Of a stretch of 64,000 nucleotides of DNA, positions 37,148 through 45,751 are shown piece by piece. This stretch comes from Hyphomicrobium sp. (GTDB lineage Bacteria > Pseudomonadota > Alphaproteobacteria > Rhizobiales > Hyphomicrobiaceae), in assembly GCA_041659545.1 (NCBI GenBank), contig JBAZYB010000001.1:119510-183509 (forward strand). The letters run 5' to 3'. The notes under the pieces were generated by a model, which saw only the letters and a list, made by a program, of their open reading frames with translations, was not told the DNA's origin and did no database searches. Within the stretch, counting starts at the first letter, position 1, and each line of letters opens with the position of its first letter. The position numbers and the translations under genes are program-made.

Positions 37148-37892
37148 CTTCACTGAAACCGCACTCCACGAGCACCTAGGCGCGTATCAGCGCGATGGGT
37201 ATTGTGTGTTCAAGCAGGCCGTCTCGCCACCAAGCATCAAAACGATCGGCAAATGGCTCGATTCAGCATGTGAGCGGGCGGCCGACACACCCACGTTTGA
37301 AGCGCAGTTTGAGAATCAGGCGCAGCCACGGGCGGCTGAAGTGCGGAAGCTGCGCCGGCTCTTCTGGAACGACGAGGCATTCTGGCGACAGCTGCTGGGC
37401 GCCGAAGGATTCTTTGGCCTTGTCAAACGAATCGTCTCACCCGATCCGGCGTTGGTGTTTCACGCGGCCTTTCTGAAACCGGCGTCTGTTGGTAGTAAGG
37501 TCGCCTATCATCAGGATCAAGCGCTCTGGAAGTACAACTACCCGAACGCCGCCAACCTGTGGCTGGCAGTCACACCCTCGAAAGTGCGCAACGGCTGCAT
37601 TCGAGTGTGTCCAGGTTCGCATAAGAAGGGCGTGATTCCGCATATCGCGGTGCCTGACTATCCACACCACGACAGTATTGATCTCGTGGCAAACGGCTTG
37701 GTGTCACATCCGGTCGAAATGGACGCTGGCGATGTCTTATTGTGGGACCGATTCTTGGTCCACGGAAGCGAAGCCAACACAAGTCCTGAAGCCCGCAAGG
37801 GCGTGGTCATGGTCTTTGTCGATGGCTCTGTGAAGGACTTCAAGGCCACGGACGCGTTCTTCGTGAATGAGCACTCGCCAGTGGCGAGTTAG
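37134..37892 (+). CDS. Phytanoyl-CoA dioxygenase (PhyH) family Fe(II)/2-oxoglutarate oxygenase
   Basis: AYHQDQALW (HxD) and LWDRFLVHGSEANTS (distal His). ATG 37134 overlaps the upstream gene by 14 nt. Confidence 0.75.
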   Translation: MMFANFTETALHEHLGAYQRDGYCVFKQAVSPPSIKTIGKWLDSACERAADTPTFEAQFENQAQPRAAEVRKLRRLFWNDEAFWRQLLGAEGFFGLVKRIVSPDPALVFHAAFLKPASVGSKVAYHQDQALWKYNYPNAANLWLAVTPSKVRNGCIRVCPGSHKKGVIPHIAVPDYPHHDSIDLVANGLVSHPVEMDAGDVLLWDRFLVHGSEANTSPEARKGVVMVFVDGSVKDFKATDAFFVNEHSPVAS

Positions 37893-37924
37893 CCGAGCGA
37901 TGCATTGGCTTAGACTGTCGGTAG

Positions 37925-38701
37925 ATGGACGGCAACGTCGATTTCTCTGCCAATGCAGGACTCTACGACCGGCGCCATGGTGCGCGCTTGCCTCAGGACG
38001 TGCTCGAGGCCCTCTGCGTTGCCTCCGGCTTGGCTGAACACAGCCGAATCCTGGAAATCGGCGCCGGCACCGGCCGGGTGTCGGTCCCGATGGCGGAGGG
38101 ACGATTCAGGATGACGGCCCTCGACATATCAGCTGAGATGCTTCGCACCCTTCGGACGAAAGCGGCTCCCGGTCTGTTGGCAGTCGTCTGCGCCGACGCT
38201 GCTGCGGCGCCGTTCAAAGCCCAAGCCTTCGATGCGGTCATCATCGCGAGGGTTGTCTACCTAGTTCCGAACTGGCGGTCGATGCTTGGTGAGGCGCGGC
38301 GAGTGCTCAAGGCGCAAGGCCCGATACTGTACGAATGGGGAAACGGCACGGGCCGTGAGATGTGGGCCCGAATTCGTGACCGGGCGAGGGAGATCCTCGA
38401 GCGGGCTGGGGTCGATACGCCGTTTCATCCAGGCGCCCGCTCTGATGCCGATGTAGACCGCTGTCTGCAGCGCTCCGGTCTCCGGTGCGTGGCAGAGATC
38501 GCCGGCGAAGCGTTACCTGCGATCAGCCCGTCACAGTTCGTGACGCAGATCGCCACAGGGGAGTGCTCGTACATGTGGCGGGTGCCGGCGCACTTGCGCG
38601 CGGCATGCCTGCATGAGCTCAATGCGTGGGTTCAAGACCAGTTCGCTCAGGATCTTGTCGAGAATGCCACCGGTTCGTGGAAAGTGTATCGCCAGCCTTA
38701 G
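37925..38701 (+). CDS. Class I SAM-dependent methyltransferase
   Basis: ILEIGAGTGRVSVPM, ALDISAEML and FDAVIIARVVYLVPNW. Confidence 0.75.
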   Translation: MDGNVDFSANAGLYDRRHGARLPQDVLEALCVASGLAEHSRILEIGAGTGRVSVPMAEGRFRMTALDISAEMLRTLRTKAAPGLLAVVCADAAAAPFKAQAFDAVIIARVVYLVPNWRSMLGEARRVLKAQGPILYEWGNGTGREMWARIRDRAREILERAGVDTPFHPGARSDADVDRCLQRSGLRCVAEIAGEALPAISPSQFVTQIATGECSYMWRVPAHLRAACLHELNAWVQDQFAQDLVENATGSWKVYRQP

Positions 38702-38748
38702 CCGGCAGAACTCTCCTTCTTGCCTGACCTTCCGAGTCGGGAGCTGAC

Positions 38749-39015
38749 ATGTCTGAAGTAAGTCTCGAAGAGTTCGCGAGAGTCGTGCTCACGTTCGTCG
38801 CGAAACGGTCTGGCGCGGACATGGCTACGTTGCATTCCGACTCTGAGTACATCGCCAACGGGCTGCTCGACTCGCTTGGGACGATGGACCTGTTCCTGCT
38901 GGTGGAGGAGCACTTTGGAGTGAAATTCCGGCTCGAGGCATTTGATGTCCAGCAGGCGACGACCGCACGACGTCTCTACGCGCAGTACGTCAATGCGCAC
39001 CATCGACTTAATTAG
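38749..39015 (+). CDS. Acyl/peptidyl carrier protein 2
   Basis: 88 aa. YIANGLLDSLGTMDLFLLVEEHFGVKF contains the Ser attachment motif. It is a paralog of the C-terminal domain of 44000..45751. Confidence 0.75.
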   Translation: MSEVSLEEFARVVLTFVAKRSGADMATLHSDSEYIANGLLDSLGTMDLFLLVEEHFGVKFRLEAFDVQQATTARRLYAQYVNAHHRLN

Positions 39016-39034
39016 CGCGACCAAACCCACTTCT

Positions 39035-40951
39035 ATGTCCCTTAAAGTCGCCCTGCTAGAGTTTTCGGTATGGGATCGCATGGTCCCACTCGTTGGTGGC
39101 CTCCTAGAGGCTTCTGCCCTGCAGCGGCCTCGGCTCAGAGATAGCTGTGAGTTTGTGAAGTTCTCGACCTCGGTGCGCGGCGCCGAACTCACGCCGATTC
39201 TTGCCATCGAGGCGGACGTCTACGCCGTGTCCTGTTACGTGTGGAACACAGGCTTCGTCACGAAGCGCTTGCTCCCCGAGATCCTGGCGAGAAATCCGAA
39301 GGCTCGGATACTGCTCGGCGGGCCACAGGTCATGCATAAAGCGGAACGGTACATTCCGCAGCAGAGCCACCGAGTGACGGTCTGCAATGGCGAGGGCGAG
39401 GACACCTTCGCGAACTACCTCGAGCAGTTACTCGTCGAACGCGGTGACCTCGCGAACGTTAACGGACTGTCCTTCTATCGAGGGGGCACGCTCGTCACCA
39501 CGCCGCCGCAAAGCAAGATCGCAGACTTTGCGGCCTACCCGTCGCCTTATTTGGCAGGCGCTTTTGATGGCGGGCGATTCATGTGCGCGGTCATCGAAAC
39601 CAATCGAGGTTGTCCCTTCAAGTGCACGTTCTGCTATTGGGGCGCGGCCACCAACAGTCAAGTGCGGAAGTTCGATCAGGATCGCGTGATGGCTGAGATC
39701 GAGTGGGCGAGCCGAAACCAGGTGTACCTGCTGGTTTTGGCCGACGCCAACTTCGGGATGCTAAAGCGAGACCACGAGATCGCCGAATGGATCGCCGAGT
39801 GCCGGCGGCGCAGTGGCTTTCCGAAGGCGGTATCTTTCAGTGCATCGAAGAACACGCAGCCTTCTCGTAATGCTGCAACGGTCGATACGTTGGCCGGCGC
39901 CGGTCTGCTGAGCAATTTTCCAGTGTCGATTCAGTCGATCAGCGAGAACGTGCTTGAGAACGTCAATCGCAGCAACATCTCAACTGAGGGTTACGTCACC
40001 CTGCAGGGGCTCTTGAATGACCGTGGCCATGATTCCACGATCGAGCTGATATTCCCGTTGCCAGGAGAGACCTTGCCGTCGTTCAAGCAGGGTGTCGCAA
40101 AACTATTCAAGCTCGGCGCTTCCACCTTCAACGTGTTTCCATTGCTGCTGATCAACAACGTGCCAATGGAGACCCAGCGCGAGGAGTTCGGGCTGGTGAC
40201 GGTCGAAGACCCTGACGCGAATAGCGACGCCGAGCTCGTCGTGCAGACCAAATCGGTGAGCCACGAAGACTACCTGCGGGGATTGCGCTTCATCGCCCAC
40301 GCGACGTCGTTGCTCAGCTGTCATACGCTCCGTTGCGTGGCCCGCACGCTGGATGCCAAGAGCGGAATTGGCGTGGACGAGTTGATCGATGCCTTTGACG
40401 CCTACTGTCACAGCCGGCCGGACCATCCTTATGTCGAGTACGTCTCGATGGCGACCGCCAACTCGCGGTTCTTCAGTTTTGGGATGCTTGGTTCGCTATT
40501 GCACCGCTGCGCCGGAGTTTGGGTGCACGAGGTCGATCAATTGTTGGCCGGCTTCATGGAGCAACATGAGTATTGGAATGATGACGAGGTAAGGGTAGCT
40601 TTTGAGCTGGACCTTCTGAACCGTCCCCACATCTACTCCAACCAGTCGATCGTCGAGAAGTCGAAGTTTCTGGGTCACCTCACGATGACTCCGTTAGATG
40701 ACGGTGATCGCGTCAGCGTGACGGTGCCGGACGAGTTCCGTGCGACGGCAGCAAGGCTGCTGACCCGGGGGGCAGCTCCGCTCCCGCCGAGCAGCAGCTA
40801 CGTCATCAACTACAAGTCTCAGCAGTCACAGCATGTGTATGTGGCGGGCAAGCCGGACGACAACTACAACTACTACTGCACTGGGTTGTTAGTGCGGATC
40901 AACACCGTCCTGCCGAAATGGACGCCTGCCGGCGCCACGCGCCCGCACTAG
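39035..40951 (+). CDS. Cobalamin-binding-domain radical SAM enzyme, paralog 2
   Basis: VALLEFSVWDRMVPLVGGLLEAS, DVYAVSCYVWN and NRGCPFKCTFCYWG. By eye it is more similar to 50473..52437 than to 29234..31198. Confidence 0.85.
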   Translation: MSLKVALLEFSVWDRMVPLVGGLLEASALQRPRLRDSCEFVKFSTSVRGAELTPILAIEADVYAVSCYVWNTGFVTKRLLPEILARNPKARILLGGPQVMHKAERYIPQQSHRVTVCNGEGEDTFANYLEQLLVERGDLANVNGLSFYRGGTLVTTPPQSKIADFAAYPSPYLAGAFDGGRFMCAVIETNRGCPFKCTFCYWGAATNSQVRKFDQDRVMAEIEWASRNQVYLLVLADANFGMLKRDHEIAEWIAECRRRSGFPKAVSFSASKNTQPSRNAATVDTLAGAGLLSNFPVSIQSISENVLENVNRSNISTEGYVTLQGLLNDRGHDSTIELIFPLPGETLPSFKQGVAKLFKLGASTFNVFPLLLINNVPMETQREEFGLVTVEDPDANSDAELVVQTKSVSHEDYLRGLRFIAHATSLLSCHTLRCVARTLDAKSGIGVDELIDAFDAYCHSRPDHPYVEYVSMATANSRFFSFGMLGSLLHRCAGVWVHEVDQLLAGFMEQHEYWNDDEVRVAFELDLLNRPHIYSNQSIVEKSKFLGHLTMTPLDDGDRVSVTVPDEFRATAARLLTRGAAPLPPSSSYVINYKSQQSQHVYVAGKPDDNYNYYCTGLLVRINTVLPKWTPAGATRPH

Positions 40952-40983
40952 TAACGCCGGTCAAGTCGCCCAGGGAGTCTTCC

Positions 40984-42024
40984 ATGCCAATCGTCGACAA
41001 GAAATGGCCGATTTGCGATGTCGTACCGGATTCACTCGCCGAGCGTTGGCGACGGCAGCAGGGCTGGCGGGGCGACGGCTTGGCCAAGCGTGACTGGCTG
41101 GTCGAGTTGCCGGCAGGGTTCGCAGAGGTGGTGCACGAGACTGTCGCCGACCGGTCTGACGCGTCCGCCGCGGCCCAACGGCTGTCGGACCACGCGTTCG
41201 TCATGCAGCTTCGACTGGATGTTGAGCAACGGTTGGAGGGAGGGCATGGCTTCTGCGTGCTTCGGGGAATCCCGCCAACGAGCGACGACAGACTCAACGC
41301 ACGAGTGGCGCTCGCGGTCAGCCTGCTCTTCGGGCAGCCCGTCACGCAAACCCTTCAGGGTGACATCGTCGCTCGCGTGGAAGACCGCACCGGCCGAACG
41401 CTCGAGCCGACGAAACGGGGGCACACGACGTCAGCCGAACTCGCATTTCATGCCGATCGCGCAGACCGGGTGCTGCTGTACTGCGTGAGGCCAAGCAGAA
41501 GCGGAGGAGAGTCGAGCGTCGTGAGCAGCGTGTTTCTGCGAGACGAAATGCGCAGGGAGGTGCCGCACCTGTTAGAGGCGTTGGCACAACCCCTTCCCGA
41601 GGACCGGCGAGGCGAGCAACCGGCGCATGAGCCGCCGTTCGCTCTGATTCCTGTGTTCTCCGACTGTGGAGGAGTCTTTGTCTGTCGTTATATCAGGCGC
41701 TTCCTTCAGGATTCGTGCCGGCACGCTGGCGCGCCGCCACTTTCAGAAACCGCTGTTGAAGCCTTGAACTATCTGGACGCACTGACGGCCAGGGAGGGCG
41801 TTGCGTTCTCGCACCGGCTGGAGGCTGGCGACCTTCAGATGCTCAACAACTGCGTTGTGTTGCATTCGAGAACCGCGTTCGTCGACGATCCGCTGGCCCC
41901 TCGCTTGTTGCTGCGGACGTGGCTCAGCCATCGGTCGTCCCGGCCGCTGCCGCCATCTTTCGCGCCGTTGTACGGTTCCACGGAGGCCGGGGCCGTTCGC
42001 GGCGGAGTGCAGCAGAAATCGTGA
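40984..42024 (+). CDS. TauD/TfdA-family Fe(II)/2-oxoglutarate oxygenase
   Basis: ELAFHADRAD (HxD), SGGESSVVS and NNCVVLHSRTAF (distal His, Arg). Confidence 0.7.
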   Translation: MPIVDKKWPICDVVPDSLAERWRRQQGWRGDGLAKRDWLVELPAGFAEVVHETVADRSDASAAAQRLSDHAFVMQLRLDVEQRLEGGHGFCVLRGIPPTSDDRLNARVALAVSLLFGQPVTQTLQGDIVARVEDRTGRTLEPTKRGHTTSAELAFHADRADRVLLYCVRPSRSGGESSVVSSVFLRDEMRREVPHLLEALAQPLPEDRRGEQPAHEPPFALIPVFSDCGGVFVCRYIRRFLQDSCRHAGAPPLSETAVEALNYLDALTAREGVAFSHRLEAGDLQMLNNCVVLHSRTAFVDDPLAPRLLLRTWLSHRSSRPLPPSFAPLYGSTEAGAVRGGVQQKS

Positions 42025-44021
42025 CCCATCTCTTTTCAGATCGCGTGTCGCGCGATCAGGGCCCGTCTTCGGAACTGCCGCCATCCATTGCCGTGATTGG
42101 CGGCACACATGCCTGCGTTGACGCGTTGGCGACGGAGTGCCGGCGCCTCCAGCCGGCGTGGCACGTTACGACCGGCATCGTCAGCCGATCGGCAAGCCGA
42201 AACGAAGCAACAGAAGACGCGCGCCCTGACAGGGCGCTGGCCGTCGTCACGTGGTCGGAACTCTCAGAGTGCGGCCCCGCACTGCTCGCGAGCCGGCTGA
42301 AACACGATGCTACTGAATTGGCCGGCCGGCCGGATGTGCCGTGCCTGATCGCGGTTGTTCCGTACTCGTCGTTCCGGGACGAGCACGGGCAGGTCGTCAG
42401 GTCCTATTGCCCGCCAACGTCCGGTCACGCCGCTGGCGCCTGCGCCCGATTGGTTGCTCGGTTCAGGCAGGAATGCGAAGCCTTTGGCAACTGTCGCGTT
42501 GTCGAGACGCCGATGGTGATCACATCGGCCATCGTTTCGCCCTGCGCCTATGCCAGCGAGATGAGCCGAATCATTGCTGCGATCAAGTGCTTGGTTTACG
42601 AAGTGCGCTCTAAGGTTCCTGCCTATTTCGAGCAGCATCCGCTCCGGCTGGCTCCAACTTCTGGTAACCCAGATCTACTGAGCTGGGAAGCATTGGTGCG
42701 GTGGCTCTTGTCGGAGTCGGTCAGGTCCGATGGCAGCGCATCCACCGACGCATTTGTGAGCGATGCGAACTGGGCGGCAGTAGCCGACGGGTGCCATCGT
42801 GGCTTGAAAGTGCGGTTGGAACGTGAGGACGATAGCGGACAACACAATTGGTTGGACGAAGTGTTCAACGAGCTTGTCGTCGCCGTTAAGCCGATGTGCG
42901 GCGTTACGACCAGGCTGCAATGGTCTGATTCAAGCCATGTTGTCCGCGCGATTGGCCTCGGTGATGAGATCGAGAAGTTCGCGAGTATGCCGCCATTCGA
43001 CTGGGAAGACAGCTATCGCGTCGTTCCAAAGATCGACATTGCAACCGCCGGCCTCGAGCCTCGGCATTACCTTGGCGGGCACGCTCAAGGTGACAGGGCG
43101 TGTTTGGACCGTACCTATTTTGTCGGCGGACGGGGCCCACGGACCGTAGTGGCCCTGGTGCCGCTGGGCGTAGATCCTGGCTATTTCGCCGATCTGTTGC
43201 GGCGGCTCGACGCCGATCACCGGCTGATGGTGTGGGAGATGGGTGGACACGACTGGCAAGGCATCGATGCAGATGCGAGGGCGCTGGACCAGCTTCTGGC
43301 AGCCGAGACGGAGCTGCATCTGGTGGCTTGGTGCGGCAGTATCCGGCTGGTCGCGAAACTTCTCGAGCGCTCGCCGGAGAAGATCCAATCGGTCTGTCTG
43401 TTCGCGCCTGAGCCGGACGCCGATGATCAGCAGACCGAAGGTTACCGGGGACTCGTCCGCTTTTTCAGCCAGCTGACAGCCAGCGATGATGGGGTCGACC
43501 GCGCGATCGCCAGGGCGCAGGCATCCTGGCGCGCCGCTGTTCGAGATGCGCCGTCCGCCAACCTCGCGCAATACAACGTCAGCGCGGAGCAGAAACGGTC
43601 GCCGCTTCAATATCACCCGGCCGGGTTCTCGTCGGCGGTGACCGAGGAGTTGTTCGGCGATTCGCGTCGAATTCTGGACATCGCCCGAAGTATCGACGCA
43701 CGAATCGACGCGGCGGCGGCTCAAGTTCTGTGCGCTTATCCCAACAGGGTGATGGTCGTGGCGGGCACTGCGGACGCACTCATCCGCTACCAATCGGCGC
43801 GACACCGGTTCGGCCAGCTGGCCAACGGTGTTCTAGTCAGTGTCAGAGGCGGCAACCACTATGCGTTGACTGAGCACGCGAGCGCTCTGGCGCCCCTGTT
43901 GCGCGAGTTCATCGGCGGACGTCAGTTTGTCGAGGGCCAATGGCCACGACACGGAATCGGTCGCATTCGTATCGAACGCACAAGAGAAGTGGAGCTCAGA
44001 TGTCGAGTACAGAGCCTGTAA
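42021..44021 (+). CDS. Two-part protein: unknown N-terminal ~330 aa plus alpha/beta-hydrolase-fold C-terminal domain with a Cys at the nucleophile elbow
   Basis: GTG 42021 makes a GTGA overlap with the upstream stop. The C-terminal VVALVPLGVDPGYFADLLRRLDADHRLMVWEMGG...HLVAWCGSIRLVA...VVAGTADALI...GGNHYAL follows alpha/beta-fold order. Confidence 0.6.
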   Translation: MTHLFSDRVSRDQGPSSELPPSIAVIGGTHACVDALATECRRLQPAWHVTTGIVSRSASRNEATEDARPDRALAVVTWSELSECGPALLASRLKHDATELAGRPDVPCLIAVVPYSSFRDEHGQVVRSYCPPTSGHAAGACARLVARFRQECEAFGNCRVVETPMVITSAIVSPCAYASEMSRIIAAIKCLVYEVRSKVPAYFEQHPLRLAPTSGNPDLLSWEALVRWLLSESVRSDGSASTDAFVSDANWAAVADGCHRGLKVRLEREDDSGQHNWLDEVFNELVVAVKPMCGVTTRLQWSDSSHVVRAIGLGDEIEKFASMPPFDWEDSYRVVPKIDIATAGLEPRHYLGGHAQGDRACLDRTYFVGGRGPRTVVALVPLGVDPGYFADLLRRLDADHRLMVWEMGGHDWQGIDADARALDQLLAAETELHLVAWCGSIRLVAKLLERSPEKIQSVCLFAPEPDADDQQTEGYRGLVRFFSQLTASDDGVDRAIARAQASWRAAVRDAPSANLAQYNVSAEQKRSPLQYHPAGFSSAVTEELFGDSRRILDIARSIDARIDAAAAQVLCAYPNRVMVVAGTADALIRYQSARHRFGQLANGVLVSVRGGNHYALTEHASALAPLLREFIGGRQFVEGQWPRHGIGRIRIERTREVELRCRVQSL

Positions 44022-45751
44022 GAATCATTGACGCGACCCTTCGGGAGGGGAACCAGGCCCCGGGGGTCAGATTCACGATCGAGCAGTCCTGTGTCATTGC
44101 CTCGATGCTGGCGACTGCGGGCGTCGACTCGATCGAGTGCGGACATGCGTCGGCGTCTGACCACGAGATGGCTCGCGTCAAGGCGGTCGTCGAGCTCAAC
44201 CTCTCGACGCCGATCCTCAGCCACGCTCGAGCTTGCGTGGAAGACGTGCAGCGCGTCGCGGATGCCGGCGCGCGGTGGGTGGGGATCTTTGCCGGCGTCA
44301 ACACTCTCTCTCGAACCACTCGATTGTCTGGCCGGAGCCACGCGGACGTCATTCGGCTGATCGGTAGTTCCGTCGAGTTTGGCAAACGCCGTGGCTTGAA
44401 CGTGCGCTACACCCTCGAGGACGCCAGTCGAACCCCGCGGGACCAGGCACTCGACGCCTTCCGCGCCGCCCTCGACAGCGGCGCCGACCGTCTCTGTTTC
44501 GCAGACACGGTCGGCGCGCTCACGCCCGACGAGATATGGCAGGCCATCCGTTTCCTGGCTGATGAGCTCGGCAACCCGAGCTTTGAGGTTCATATTCATG
44601 ACGATCGGGGCCTCGCGGTCGCCTCGGCCCTCAAGGCGATCGATGCCGGCGTGCGCTGGATATCGGCATCGGTCAATGGCCTCGGAGAACGATCGGGGAT
44701 CGTCGACACCGCAACCCTCGCCGCGAATCTGGACGTCGGCGGTCCGAGCAGCCGATGGAACTTCGGATCGCTGCAGGAGTTGTCCACGCTGGTTGGAGCA
44801 ATTTCACGCGAGCACCCTGACGCGCGCCGGCCGGTAATCGGGAAATACGCCTTCACGCACTCCGCCAAGCTGCATGCCGATGCTGTCAGCCGTGATGAGA
44901 TGGCTTACTCGTGGCGTGCGCCCAGCTCGCTCGCCCGCTCGACGTCGATCGCCGCGCCGGCGCTGGACGATGTGCTGGCCCTTATCAACAAGGCCGTGCC
45001 AATCTGCGCTACCGAGCTTCCACATCACCGCCGGGGGCCGGGCACACGATACGTCATGTTGGACGATCGCTTTGTACCCAACGCCAAGCAGTACTGCATC
45101 GTCCGTGAGATTCCGCCTCAAGATACCGCCCCGACGCCTCATGTCGATGCCCACCGGCACAATGTCGACAGCATCTTCGTATTCATCGGCAGTGGTGAAC
45201 GGCTGACCGGTCTAACCGTCTCGGTGAAGCTTGGCGCTACCGATATAACGGTCGAGAGTCCATCGAGTGTGCTGATTCCTGGCGGCCTCGAGCACAGCTA
45301 TTCGATTCTCAACGGCAGTGGCTACTTCATCCACTTCGTCAATGCGGGCGACTACGCCAGCAGTCTCCTCAAGCTTGCACCCGTCCGATCTGCTCCAGCC
45401 CCGATGATGAATCAGTCTTGCCAGGCCGATCTTACAACGGCGACCGCGAGGGGCATGCATGCGGCCATGACCACCAACGGACGCGCTAATGGAGTGGGTT
45501 TGTCCGCAATGCCGTTCGAAGAGTTCGCGCTGCTTGTCGCCGAGTTCGTGGCGAATCGCAGCGGCAAGCGGCCGGCGGAGATCGCACCGGACTTTGACTA
45601 CGTCAGTGCGGGACTGCTGGACTCCCTTGGACTGGCGGAGTTGTTTTTTTATGTCGAGGACACTCTCGACCGCAAGTTCCAGGCAGAAGAACTTCGTCTC
45701 GAACGGCTGAGCACCGCCGCCCGTTTCTACGCCTTTGTTCAGGCGCAATGA
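44000..45751 (+). CDS. HMGL-like (homocitrate/isopropylmalate synthase-type) domain fused to a cupin-like domain and a C-terminal carrier-protein domain
   Basis: IIDATLREGNQAPG and EVHIHDDRGLAVASALKAIDAG...SVNGLGERSGI (HxH metal site); cupin-like HVDAHRHNVDSIFVF...VLIPGGLEHSY; carrier domain YVSAGLLDSLGLAELFFYVED. Confidence 0.75.
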   Translation: MSSTEPVRIIDATLREGNQAPGVRFTIEQSCVIASMLATAGVDSIECGHASASDHEMARVKAVVELNLSTPILSHARACVEDVQRVADAGARWVGIFAGVNTLSRTTRLSGRSHADVIRLIGSSVEFGKRRGLNVRYTLEDASRTPRDQALDAFRAALDSGADRLCFADTVGALTPDEIWQAIRFLADELGNPSFEVHIHDDRGLAVASALKAIDAGVRWISASVNGLGERSGIVDTATLAANLDVGGPSSRWNFGSLQELSTLVGAISREHPDARRPVIGKYAFTHSAKLHADAVSRDEMAYSWRAPSSLARSTSIAAPALDDVLALINKAVPICATELPHHRRGPGTRYVMLDDRFVPNAKQYCIVREIPPQDTAPTPHVDAHRHNVDSIFVFIGSGERLTGLTVSVKLGATDITVESPSSVLIPGGLEHSYSILNGSGYFIHFVNAGDYASSLLKLAPVRSAPAPMMNQSCQADLTTATARGMHAAMTTNGRANGVGLSAMPFEEFALLVAEFVANRSGKRPAEIAPDFDYVSAGLLDSLGLAELFFYVEDTLDRKFQAEELRLERLSTAARFYAFVQAQ

